Made by a program: the position numbers and the translations under genes. 64,000 nt of DNA, taken from NCBI GenBank assembly GCA_965221775.1, contig CBDCSU010000005.1, forward strand, positions 992,001-1,056,000, given 5' to 3'. This DNA is from Candidatus Latescibacterota bacterium. GTDB taxonomy: Bacteria; Latescibacterota; UBA2968; UBA8231. The notes below the pieces were generated by a model, which saw nothing but the letters and a program-made list of their open reading frames with translations, was not told the DNA's origin and did no database searches. Numbering within the stretch: position 1 is the first letter of the stretch; each line of letters starts with the position of its first letter. Positions 39,433-48,731 of this stretch are shown piece after piece.

Positions 39433-40191
39433 TCAGTCGCGCGTGGCGCTCTGCGCGGGCGATAACAGTCCTTCCACCAGGGCGGGAACCCGCGGCCTGG
39501 TGCCTTGCGCCTGAAGATGCTCCGCCCATGCCTCGAGGTAGCTCTCGAACGTCTCATTTGCGGTCACATCCCAGCCGTTCAGCCAGCCACAGTCGCGCCA
39601 AAGCGAAGTGTCCTCGAGAAACCGACCCAGCAGGGCGACGGCCAGGGTTCCGTTGAGCTCGCGGATGAATGGGTCCTCTTCCAGTCTGCCCAGATTGCCT
39701 GCCAGCCAGGATCGGAGATCGCCCTCCCCGGGTTGTTCATACCCCTGCGCGATCTCCTCGGCGTACGTCTTGAAGTTCGGTGCGAACCCCTCTGCCTGGA
39801 AAACGCGAGGGGGCGGACGTTCCCTCCAGCGATCCGCAAGCCGATGCAGCACGAACAGCGACGCCAGCTCGCACAAGCTCTCTTCGAACCAGTTGTGCTT
39901 GTGTTCCCTGTGGCGGTCGAAATTGGTCATGACATGGCACAGCTCGTGCGAGAACTGGTACACGTACTGGCACCAGTATGTGTCCCGGGCGCTGATTCTC
40001 ATCTGGTAAGGTCTGCAGCCGTAGAAAACTCGAGGCGCCTCGTTCCACCAGGTGACCTGAATTGGGGCATCCGGAGGCCTGCCGAAGGCCTGGACGAGCA
40101 CCTCGTACGCGGACTCCAGGACCGCCTGAACGGCAGAGAGGCTCGCACCTCCCCAGTTGCCGTTCTCTATCGGCAGTCGTTCCTGTTCCAT
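39433..40191 (-). CDS. Hypothetical HExxH zinc-metallopeptidase-like protein
   Basis: QFSHELCH followed by WFEES. TGATG overlap with the upstream ATPase. Confidence 0.6.
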   Translation of the reverse strand: MEQERLPIENGNWGGASLSAVQAVLESAYEVLVQAFGRPPDAPIQVTWWNEAPRVFYGCRPYQMRISARDTYWCQYVYQFSHELCHVMTNFDRHREHKHNWFEESLCELASLFVLHRLADRWRERPPPRVFQAEGFAPNFKTYAEEIAQGYEQPGEGDLRSWLAGNLGRLEEDPFIRELNGTLAVALLGRFLEDTSLWRDCGWLNGWDVTANETFESYLEAWAEHLQAQGTRPRVPALVEGLLSPAQSATRD

Positions 40192-41756
40192 CACTCGGCC
40201 CCGCTGACCTTGGGGGATGCCGACCGCGCACCGTGGGGACCGCGTTCGCGCGGACCCAGCATGCTCCGAAAGTCGATCATGTCGTGGCAGACATAGTCCC
40301 CGGCTTCCAGATCGGCCCGCTGTTCGGGAGAGAACTGCACCGAATAGAGGGCGAACTCGCGGCGCCACCGCCGGAACCGGCTTCCGGGCTCCGACCCGAG
40401 AAACAGATCCACCTGCTCGCGGAAGTTGCCGACCGCCTGTGCATCGTGCCTTGCCGCATTCCGCTTGCACGAGCCGAAACGGACGACTCGATCCTCCTCG
40501 TTCCATGCGATGAGGTCGATATCCACCGACACGTTGGTCCGCCGCGGCCGGTTCCAGTAGCCTCTGACGCGATCCGAAACGGGGAAGTCGACACCCGCCC
40601 GTGACGCCGCCTCGGTCGCCTCCCGCACCATTCGTTCGAAGGCGAAGCCTTCAAGTGTCCTCAGTCGCGCAGTCAGACGCTTCGCCACTCTGGATACCGG
40701 CTCGATTCGGGCGGCCTGGCAGGCGGGGTGAATGACGCTCAGCCATGCGAGTAGAAACGGGTCTGAAACAGCGTACCGGGCACGGCGCCGTCGTTCTCCG
40801 AAGATGGGGTCCTGTCTCTCCACCAGCCGAAGTTCCTGTCCGAGGGTTTTGAGGTACGGTCCCAGGGAGAGCTCAGGCGCGGATTCCTGCAGTTCGGCAT
40901 GAGTGCAAGGCCCTCGCTCTGCGATCACGCGAAGGAGCGCGACATAGTGGCGGCGCAACTCCCGGCCCGGCAGACCCTCGCCCTCCTCGCGCAACGGCGA
41001 GTCGGAACGAAGGAACAGCCGCTCGCACACCTGCTGCGCCCAGGCTTCCCACTCGGGGATTCCGTGGAGATCGGCGCCCTGCTCGGCGTAGTGGCGCCAG
41101 TACTTCGGCACCCCGCCAAAGAGGGCCCACAAGGTCAGGCACCGCGCGGGGTCGGCTGCACCCTGTTCGCGGCAAACCTCGAACACCGTGGCCAGATCCC
41201 AGGGATCGAGGCAGATGTCGAAGGTCGTGCGCCCGAACAACGGCGCCCGCCGATCATTGAGCAGATCCTCCATCTCCGTCTGCACAGAGCCCAGGAGGAT
41301 CAGTCCACCGGCCGTGGCCAGGTCCTGGAGCCTGTCGGCCTCAGCCTGAAGCAAGGAGGGCAGCCCGCGGAGCGGACCGCCGTGGCAGGTCTGGAACTCG
41401 TCCAGAATGACCACCACGCCGGCCGAACAGAGGGAGCCCACGGCCCTGGCCACTCCTGGAAGACCTGGGGCCGCGCTCGACTCGTCCAGGTGGCCTTCGA
41501 GTCCGGCTTCCTGCACGGCGTTCCGGAACACGGTGGCCAGGTCCGCGGGGGTGCTGTCCGGAAACTGGACCAGAAGGCAGGGGACTCCGTCGGGCTCATC
41601 CTCCTCGAGGATCCTCAGGGCCTGCTGGACGAGGGCGGTCTTTCCGACCCTGCGACGGCCCCGGATGGTTCCGAAGAACCATCTCGGCTGGCGCAGCCGG
41701 GCCAGCAGACTGCCCAGCTCGTCGGTGCGTCCGTAGAAGGTCCATGACGTGGCCAC
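40191..41756 (-). CDS. ATPase_2 (archaeal-type) ATPase with DUF234 / restriction-fold C-terminus
   Basis: FYGRTDEL, GRRRVGKT, ILDEFQ, GGVPKY, DPFL..W and DIDLIA..FGSCKR motifs. Confidence 0.85.
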   Translation of the reverse strand: MATSWTFYGRTDELGSLLARLRQPRWFFGTIRGRRRVGKTALVQQALRILEEDEPDGVPCLLVQFPDSTPADLATVFRNAVQEAGLEGHLDESSAAPGLPGVARAVGSLCSAGVVVILDEFQTCHGGPLRGLPSLLQAEADRLQDLATAGGLILLGSVQTEMEDLLNDRRAPLFGRTTFDICLDPWDLATVFEVCREQGAADPARCLTLWALFGGVPKYWRHYAEQGADLHGIPEWEAWAQQVCERLFLRSDSPLREEGEGLPGRELRRHYVALLRVIAERGPCTHAELQESAPELSLGPYLKTLGQELRLVERQDPIFGERRRRARYAVSDPFLLAWLSVIHPACQAARIEPVSRVAKRLTARLRTLEGFAFERMVREATEAASRAGVDFPVSDRVRGYWNRPRRTNVSVDIDLIAWNEEDRVVRFGSCKRNAARHDAQAVGNFREQVDLFLGSEPGSRFRRWRREFALYSVQFSPEQRADLEAGDYVCHDMIDFRSMLGPRERGPHGARSASPKVSGAE

Positions 41757-41879
41757 GGGGAGTAAGGTAATTATTGTTACTCAGTGGTCAACGCTCAAGG
41801 AGATGGCTCTCCCCTGGTCTCCTTCCTCGTACGGCCCCTTGGCGACCTCCTATACTAAATCCGAGCTGGATCTGACCCC

Positions 41880-42132
41880 ATGAACTCTTTCCGCAACAAC
41901 CGCCTGCGCGATCATGAAATGCCGCTGAGCACGGTGTGGCTGCTCAACGACATCGCCGAGTCGAGGGGCAAACAGGAGCTGTTCACACACCAGTCGCCAC
42001 AGGCCCTCAAAGCGCTCCGCGACACCGCGCACCCTCTTGGCGGAACTGAAGAAATCAGGCGATGTAACCTGCAGCGGCCGGGGGCCGGGTGCGCGGTGGC
42101 GTTTCCTCGGGAATGAGGGTAGCAACCCTTGA
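41880..42132 (+). pseudogene. Fic-family gene with internal deletion (only N- and C-termini remain)
   Basis: N-terminus WLLNDIAESRGKQELFTHQSPQALKALRD is joined out of frame near 42028 to C-terminus RTLLAELKKSGDVTCSGRGPGARWRF..*. No HPFxxGNGR core is present. Confidence 0.65.
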
Positions 42133-42293
42133 GTAAGGGTAGTAATGGGGGCACTTGCTGAGATCTCCACCCTGGGCGGCGCCACGCCCTGAAGCACCGA
42201 CCGGCTCGGCCTCGATGCCGCCGGCGGTCGTCCAGCCCCAGACGGGCCGTTTGGCGGCGGGTGCGCGTCTTGTGAAGACCAGGGGGCCAATGC

Positions 42294-44636
42294 ATGGAGG
42301 CAACTGAGGGCCGCGGGGCCGAGAGGGCGTCCCCTCTCCGCGCCAGCGTGCCGCCGCGGGTCCGGCGCGAGTTGGCCGAATTCGTCGCTCCCGGCGAAGA
42401 GCTCCGTCTCGCCGTAACCACGGACATCCGCCTCGACGGCCGCTACGGCGAGGCCTGGCTGATGGCCACCGACGACCTGCTGGTGGCCTTCAGCCCCGAC
42501 AGCGGCGGACCGCCCGACCTGGTCTGCCTGCCCCTGGCCGAGATCCGGGGGGTGGAGGTCCGCGAGGACCTGGGGACGGCGGCCCTCAAGGTCCGCACCG
42601 GCGAGCGGGGCTCGACCATGGCGGTGTTCTCCAAGAGCCTGGTGCCGGCCCTGTCGGAGCTGCCCGAGCAGGTCGAGCGCCTGGTCAGGCAGGCCCGCTC
42701 GGAAGATTCCGACGGCCAGGTGCTCCACGGGCGGCTGGCCGGGGCCCGTGCCGGGCGCCAGCGCTGCGACCGCTGCGGCCAAGTCATCCCGCGCCGCTAC
42801 GGGGTATGCCCGGCCTGCCTGGAGAAGGGCAAGCTCCTCTTCCGGCTGCTGGGCTATGCCAGGCCGCACTGGCGGCTCATCGCCTTCAGCCTGTCCCTCA
42901 TGGTGGCGGCCACGGTCATCGGCTTGAGCCCGCCGCTGCTGCAGAGGGTGCTCATCGACGATGTCCTCAACGTCGACGCGCCTTCCTCCACGGCCCTCGA
43001 TGACCGCTTCGATCTGCTGGCTCTGCTGCCGGTCTCCAACGACGACCAGCTGTCGGCGCTGGCCTGGCTGGTGGGCCTGCTGACAGCCATCCACCTCACC
43101 GTCAGCGTCCTGTCGGCCCTGCGCGGCTACATCATGGCCCGCATCGGCCAGCGCGTCACCTACGGTCTGCGCAACGAGCTGTACTCCCATCTCCACGCGC
43201 TCTCCCTCAGTTACTACACCCGCAACGAGACCGGGCGCATCATGGCCAGCGTCACCCACGACGTGGGCCGCCTGCAGGACTTCATCAGCGACGGACTGCA
43301 GGAAGCGATCCGCGATGTGCTCACCCTGGCCATCATCTGCATCATCCTGTTCTGGCTCAATCCCGGGCTGGCGGCCCTGGTGCTCCTGCCGACGCCCCTG
43401 CTGGTGTGGGCGACGCTGCGCTTCGGCCGCAAGCTGCACGCCATCTACCGGCCCTTGTGGCGCCGCTGGGCCGGCTTGAGCGCCCTCCTCGCCGATACCA
43501 TCCCGGGGGTGCGCGTGGTCAAGGCCTTCGCCCAGGAGCGGCGGGAGGTGGGCAAGTTCAAGGGACGCAGCCTGGACCTGCTGCGGGGCGAGCTGCGGGT
43601 GGCGTGGATGCGCAGCCTCTTCGGCCCGGTCATGACCTTCGTCACCGCCATCGGCACGATCATCATCTGGTGGGTCGGGGGGCGCGACATCCTGGCCGGC
43701 GAGCTGACCCTGGGCGACTTCGTCGCCTTCACCATGTACATGTACCGCTTCTACGGGCCGGTGGAGAGCCTGTGCCGCCTCAACCACCGCTTCCAGCACG
43801 CCGCCACCTCCGCCGAGCGCGTCTTCGACGTCCTCGACACGCACCCGGAGATCATCGACCCGGCCGACGCCGCGGCCATGCCGCCCATCGAGGGCCGCGT
43901 CGAGTTCCGCGGCGTCCACTTCGGCTACGAGGAGGAGAAGCCCGTCCTCGAGGACCTGAGCTTCACCGTCGAGCCGGGCGAGATGATCGGCCTCGCCGGC
44001 CACAGCGGCGCCGGCAAGAGCACCCTCATCAACCTCATCTGCCGTTTCTACGAGCCCCAGGAAGGGGCGATCCTCATCGACGGCCGCGACACCCGCGGGG
44101 TGAACCTGCGATCGCTGCGCGAGCAGATCGGCGTGGTCCTGCAGGACCCCTTCCTCTTCAACGGCACGGTGGCCGACAATGTCGCCTACGGCCATCCCGG
44201 GGCCTCCCTCGAGGAGATCGTGGCCGCCGCCAAGGCCGCCAATGCCCACGACTTCGTCATGGACATGCCCGACGGGTACGACACCATGGTCGGCGAGCGC
44301 GGCCTCCGCGTCTCCGGGGGCGAGCGCCAGCGGCTGTCCATCGCCCGCGCGATCCTGCGGGACCCGCGCATCCTCATCCTCGACGAGGCGACATCCAACG
44401 TCGACACCCAGACCGAGTCGCAGATCCAGGAGGCCCTGGAGCGCCTGGTCCGGGGACGGACGACCTTTGCCATCGCCCATCGCCTGTCGACCCTGAAGAA
44501 CGCCCACCGGCTGCTCATCCTGGAGAAGGGCCGGCTCGCCGAGATCGGCACCCACGACGAGCTGACCGCGCGCGACGGCATCTACGCGAACCTGTGCCGC
44601 ATGCAGGCCGAGATGTCCCGGCTGAGGGCCTGGTAG
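42294..44636 (+). CDS. ABC exporter with N-terminal extension and CxxC..CxxC ribbon
   Basis: CDRC..CPAC, TM domain, GHSGAGKST, SGGERQR and ILDEATS motifs. Confidence 0.9.
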   Translation: MEATEGRGAERASPLRASVPPRVRRELAEFVAPGEELRLAVTTDIRLDGRYGEAWLMATDDLLVAFSPDSGGPPDLVCLPLAEIRGVEVREDLGTAALKVRTGERGSTMAVFSKSLVPALSELPEQVERLVRQARSEDSDGQVLHGRLAGARAGRQRCDRCGQVIPRRYGVCPACLEKGKLLFRLLGYARPHWRLIAFSLSLMVAATVIGLSPPLLQRVLIDDVLNVDAPSSTALDDRFDLLALLPVSNDDQLSALAWLVGLLTAIHLTVSVLSALRGYIMARIGQRVTYGLRNELYSHLHALSLSYYTRNETGRIMASVTHDVGRLQDFISDGLQEAIRDVLTLAIICIILFWLNPGLAALVLLPTPLLVWATLRFGRKLHAIYRPLWRRWAGLSALLADTIPGVRVVKAFAQERREVGKFKGRSLDLLRGELRVAWMRSLFGPVMTFVTAIGTIIIWWVGGRDILAGELTLGDFVAFTMYMYRFYGPVESLCRLNHRFQHAATSAERVFDVLDTHPEIIDPADAAAMPPIEGRVEFRGVHFGYEEEKPVLEDLSFTVEPGEMIGLAGHSGAGKSTLINLICRFYEPQEGAILIDGRDTRGVNLRSLREQIGVVLQDPFLFNGTVADNVAYGHPGASLEEIVAAAKAANAHDFVMDMPDGYDTMVGERGLRVSGGERQRLSIARAILRDPRILILDEATSNVDTQTESQIQEALERLVRGRTTFAIAHRLSTLKNAHRLLILEKGRLAEIGTHDELTARDGIYANLCRMQAEMSRLRAW

Positions 44637-44638
44637 AG

Positions 44639-45151
44639 ATGGAGCAGCGCCACGACCTGGCCGCGGAGGTGACCTACCTCGACCCGGAGAAGGCGCGGTT
44701 CCACGTCGATGCCTTCGAGGATTTGAACCTGACGCTGGCCGGGGACCGGACCTACTCCAGGGTCCGCGTCAAGCGGGCCTTCCCGCTGACGCGGGACGAC
44801 TGCTTCATCGTCGTCCAGGACAGCGACGGGAAGGAGATCGGCTCGCTGGCCCGCCTCGACGCGCTGGATCCGGCCAGCCGCCAGGCCGTGGAAGAAGAGC
44901 TGAAACGCACCTACTTCACCCCGCGCATCGAGCGCATCGCCAAAGTGACGACAGCTCACCGGGTGCCGCGCTGGGAGGTGGAGACCGACCGCGGGCCCCG
45001 CGCCTTCGAGATCTACTCCAGCCGCCGCGACGTTCGCCTGCTCGACGGCGGCCGGGTGCTGGTGCAGGACGCCGACGGCAACCGCTACGAGATCCCCGAC
45101 TACCGGCGCCTGGACCCGGCCAGCCGCACCCTGGTGGAGGAGATGCTGTGA
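44639..45151 (+). CDS. DUF1854 domain protein
   Basis: RAFPLT, EEL..YFTPRI, WEVETDRG and DADGNRYEIPD..LD..SR motifs. Confidence 0.8.
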   Translation: MEQRHDLAAEVTYLDPEKARFHVDAFEDLNLTLAGDRTYSRVRVKRAFPLTRDDCFIVVQDSDGKEIGSLARLDALDPASRQAVEEELKRTYFTPRIERIAKVTTAHRVPRWEVETDRGPRAFEIYSSRRDVRLLDGGRVLVQDADGNRYEIPDYRRLDPASRTLVEEML

Positions 45152-47280
45152 TGGCAAATCGCATCGCATTGCCGGGCGCTCGGTGCCTTGCCGGAGCAAC
45201 CATTCGATCAGGCCTTCTCCTGATGTTGGCGGGGCCGGTGCCCTCCACGGCAACGGACCCGCCCGGAGCCTTCTTCGCCGGCGTCGACAGCACCGGCCGG
45301 GCACAGGCGCAAAGCAATGCGGACGGCTACGTGCTGATCGAGTCGCCGGAGTATCCTCGGGGACTGTGGCTGCGCCTGGTCGATTCCTCCGGCCTGGCCC
45401 TCGCTGGCCTCCAGGTCGATTACAGAGGCTTGCCCGACAGCCTGGTAGCTCTGCACTGTGTCGATCCGGCGGGGAAGGTGCGGGAAACGCTCCTCTGGAG
45501 CCGGCCATCGGGAAACGCTCTTCCCTTGACACTGAAGGCCCGGGAACCTGACGAAGAACTGCCGGCCGGATTGGTCCCCCTTGATTTGCAGATTGACCCG
45601 ACCGCTCCGTTGAAGTTGGAGTTGTCGGCCGAGACTCAGGTCACTGGCTGGGAGGAGGTGGAGTCTTTCCTGCGAGCCCATTGGGAAGGCCGAACTGGAC
45701 CCGTGGCTTTCCGATTCGACTTCAACGACAGCATCTCCTTGAGGATTTCACTGGATCAGCCCCATGTCATGGACCGGCTCTTTTCCTATCTCCAACAGTT
45801 GCATTCATGGGGAGATTCCCGCGAAAGGCCCTTCGGTCTCGAAGTGCACGATATCGATGATGTCTCCGGTTTTCAGGAGACGGTTGTCCTCTATACCTCT
45901 CCGATCCTCGACCCGAACCTGGAACGCGTGGTACAGAGAGCCATGGGCCATGATCCGCCAATCCCCCTCAGGAAAGAGGACCTCCACTCCCTGACCCGGA
46001 TCAGTGCCTGGGATGACAGTATCCGTACTCTGCAGGGCCTTGAGCATGCGATCAACCTGGAGGAGATCTCGCTGGTCAGGAATCAGATCGAGGACCTGAC
46101 GCCCCTGGCTGCCTTGAGCAATCAGACAACCCTGTCGCTGAACGAGAATCAGATCGAAGACGTGACACCGCTGGCCAACTTGAGCAACCTGACGTCCCTG
46201 TCGCTGGGCTTCAACGAGATCGAAGAGCTGACACCGCTGGCCGATCTGGACAACCTGACATCCCTGTCGCTGAGGAAGAACCAAGTCGAGGACCTGACAC
46301 CGCTGGCCAACCTGACGAATCTGGCATCGCTGTCCCTTGGGCAGAACCAGATAAGCGACCTGACGCCCCTCGCCGACTTGAACAACCTTGCAGCGTTATC
46401 ACTCTCGCAGAACCGGATCTACGATCTTGCGCCACTTGCCAATCTGAACAACCTGACATGGCTGTCGTTGCGGGAGAATCCGATAGACGACCTGACACCG
46501 CTGGCGAGGCTGAACAATCTGATATCCCTGGGGCTGGGAGGCAACCACTTTCTCGACGACCTGACTCCGCTGGCCAACCTGGAAAACCTGACATACCTGG
46601 AGCTGAATAACACCAAGGGTCTTGATTTGTCCCCCTTGGCCAGGATGGTCAACCTGACCAAGCTGCACTTATTCGGCAGCCGTATGACAGATATAAGCTC
46701 ACTCACAAAGCTGAAAAACCTGAAGGAGCTGGGTTTGGGATACAACCTACAAAGCGATCTCGAACCCCTGACCGCTCTCACCAATCTTGAAGTGCTTGAC
46801 CTGAGGGACAACCAGATAACGGATCTGTTGCCGCTGGCCAGCTTGAGCAACCTGACATCTATTCGACTGGGAGGCAACCGGATTCGGGATCTGACCCCGT
46901 TGGCCACTCTGAAGGGGCTGACATGGCTCTCACTGCACGGAAACCAGATCCAGGACCTGACTCCGTTGGCTGGCCTGGGCAACCTGCAGACACTATTGCT
47001 GGGCCGGAATCAAATAGCGGATTTGGCGCCGCTGGCCGCCTTGAGCAACCTGAGGGAGCTGAGTCTGAAGGATAACAAGATCGTTGATCTGGAGCCATTG
47101 AGATACATGGACAACCTGACCGGGGCAGATATGGTCAACAACCAGATCGTTGATGTGAGCTCTCTGACCACAATGGACCGCCTCAAATGGGTGTATTTGC
47201 GGAACAACCCACTCGGACCCCAAGCTCTGAACGTGCACATCCCCGCCCTTCGAGCAAAAGGCGTCTTCGTCACTTACTGA
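45151..47280 (+). CDS. Internalin-like leucine-rich repeat surface protein
   Basis: Many 22-aa repeats (LTPLANLTNLxxLSLxxNQI), a DPNLE cap and a hydrophobic N-terminus. Confidence 0.9.
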   Translation: MANRIALPGARCLAGATIRSGLLLMLAGPVPSTATDPPGAFFAGVDSTGRAQAQSNADGYVLIESPEYPRGLWLRLVDSSGLALAGLQVDYRGLPDSLVALHCVDPAGKVRETLLWSRPSGNALPLTLKAREPDEELPAGLVPLDLQIDPTAPLKLELSAETQVTGWEEVESFLRAHWEGRTGPVAFRFDFNDSISLRISLDQPHVMDRLFSYLQQLHSWGDSRERPFGLEVHDIDDVSGFQETVVLYTSPILDPNLERVVQRAMGHDPPIPLRKEDLHSLTRISAWDDSIRTLQGLEHAINLEEISLVRNQIEDLTPLAALSNQTTLSLNENQIEDVTPLANLSNLTSLSLGFNEIEELTPLADLDNLTSLSLRKNQVEDLTPLANLTNLASLSLGQNQISDLTPLADLNNLAALSLSQNRIYDLAPLANLNNLTWLSLRENPIDDLTPLARLNNLISLGLGGNHFLDDLTPLANLENLTYLELNNTKGLDLSPLARMVNLTKLHLFGSRMTDISSLTKLKNLKELGLGYNLQSDLEPLTALTNLEVLDLRDNQITDLLPLASLSNLTSIRLGGNRIRDLTPLATLKGLTWLSLHGNQIQDLTPLAGLGNLQTLLLGRNQIADLAPLAALSNLRELSLKDNKIVDLEPLRYMDNLTGADMVNNQIVDVSSLTTMDRLKWVYLRNNPLGPQALNVHIPALRAKGVFVTY

Positions 47281-47292
47281 CGCCACCCTGCG

Positions 47293-47838
47293 TCAGGGCT
47301 GGTAAGGGAACGAGGAGTGATGCAGGTTGATGCGCAGCCGGCCCTGACCGTCCCTGAAGTAGCCGAAGGTGAACTCCACTTTCGCTTCCTGTCCGGTATT
47401 CGCGTCGGTGAAGTAGTAGTTGCCCATGGCAAGGGCCGAGTCGCCGTCGATGACGAATCCGGCGTTCTCGAACCGGACCTTGCTCCAGGGCTGGATGGCG
47501 AACCCGTGGTCTTCGGGGACCGCCCCGGTCACGAAGTAGGAAACCGCCTCTTCCCTCGTTGAACGGAACTGCTCTGCCGACGCCTTCGTGGGCTTGAAGA
47601 GCACCGCCCCTTCGGCATATCCGTAGAGGGCGTCGACGGTCTCTTCCGCCACCGCCCGGTAGTCCTCTCCTGCCGCCTGCGCCTTGCCGATGGCGACGAT
47701 GGCGTCGCCCCACCTTCCCTGGGCCTCGAGGATCTCTCGCTTGGTGATCCTCCCCTCTTTTTCGCCGGCCTCCGAAAACCCCATCGCCGCCAACAGGATA
47801 CTGGCCAGCGCTACCGCGACCACCAAGGAAACACTCAT
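47293..47838 (-). CDS. Secreted COG4337-like protein (probable iota-class carbonic anhydrase)
   Basis: Signal peptide, LFKPTKA, SYFV, GFAI.PW, MGNYYF, EFTFGY and C-terminal HHSS.PY motifs. Confidence 0.72.
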   Translation of the reverse strand: MSVSLVVAVALASILLAAMGFSEAGEKEGRITKREILEAQGRWGDAIVAIGKAQAAGEDYRAVAEETVDALYGYAEGAVLFKPTKASAEQFRSTREEAVSYFVTGAVPEDHGFAIQPWSKVRFENAGFVIDGDSALAMGNYYFTDANTGQEAKVEFTFGYFRDGQGRLRINLHHSSFPYQP

Positions 47839-47861
47839 TCTTCCCTCCTTCTCCGGGTCAG

Positions 47862-48653
47862 CTACATGGGGATGGCGCGCATCTCGTCGGACCAGTCGCG
47901 CCACATGTCTTCCTGCGGCGGTTCCTGCTGAGTCTGGTCGATCTCCGTCTTCACGAAGTCGTAGAGCACGGCCTGGCGCAGCTGGCGCGAGGTGTTGGGG
48001 CTGGCCATGTGGCCGAGGCGGTGGTGCCAGAAGACGATGTCCCCCGCGCGGCCGTGGGTGTCGATGGGGGTGCGCTCGTTGAAGGCCGTGCGCACCTTCT
48101 CGTAGGCGGCCTCGTCGTTGTCGCGCAGGTATTGCGAGGTGAAAGTCGGGTAGAAGGCCCGGTGGCTCTCGGGCCAGACCATGAAGCTGCCCCCGCCGGG
48201 CGGCACGTCGTCGATGTAGCCCACCACGCCGAGGTGGAAGGGGTGGCCGTCGGTGTGACAGCCCAGGGCCTGGGGCGGGTGGTCGCCGTAGGGCAGGGTG
48301 CAGTAGATTCCGCGGATGCGCTCCGGCTGGACGAGCTGCCCCTCGCCGAGCATCTGCTCGGCCATGGCCCACACCCTGGGCTCGGTGGCCAGGAGGCGCA
48401 CCATCCACGGCTCGCCGCCGGGCTCGCGGAAGTTCCAGCGGAAGCCGCGGCGGTGGTTGTCGCTCTCGGGGTTCTCCTCCTCCTCGCGCCAAGGGCCGAC
48501 CCAGGTGTCGGGGTCGTCGCGGCGGCGGGCCGGGGGCGCGCCGTCCCACAGCCGGGCGCGGGCCCGCTCCATGAGGCCGGGGTCGAGCACGCCCCGCTTG
48601 ATGAGGTAGCCCTTGCGCTTGAAGAAGCGCATCTCGTCGGTCGTCAGCCGCAT
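47862..48653 (-). CDS. PhyH-family dioxygenase
   Basis: FFKRKGYL, CHTD, VWPESH and GDIVFWHHRLGH..S.N...R motifs. Confidence 0.82.
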   Translation of the reverse strand: MRLTTDEMRFFKRKGYLIKRGVLDPGLMERARARLWDGAPPARRRDDPDTWVGPWREEEENPESDNHRRGFRWNFREPGGEPWMVRLLATEPRVWAMAEQMLGEGQLVQPERIRGIYCTLPYGDHPPQALGCHTDGHPFHLGVVGYIDDVPPGGGSFMVWPESHRAFYPTFTSQYLRDNDEAAYEKVRTAFNERTPIDTHGRAGDIVFWHHRLGHMASPNTSRQLRQAVLYDFVKTEIDQTQQEPPQEDMWRDWSDEMRAIPM

Positions 48654-48731
48654 GGCGCGTTCCTTTCGGCCGAGAGTATAGCCCCGGGGCGCCCGCACCG
48701 GGAGGGCCTCGACCGGAGATACCGAGAGCAA

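Noticed and set aside
41760-41782. dif-like XerCD site
   Set aside because: It does not fit the 11-6-11 dif consensus and is better explained as a promoter or operator.
46080-47160. Periodic 66-bp repeats as a CRISPR array
   Set aside because: They are in-frame coding LRR units with no unique spacers and no cas genes.
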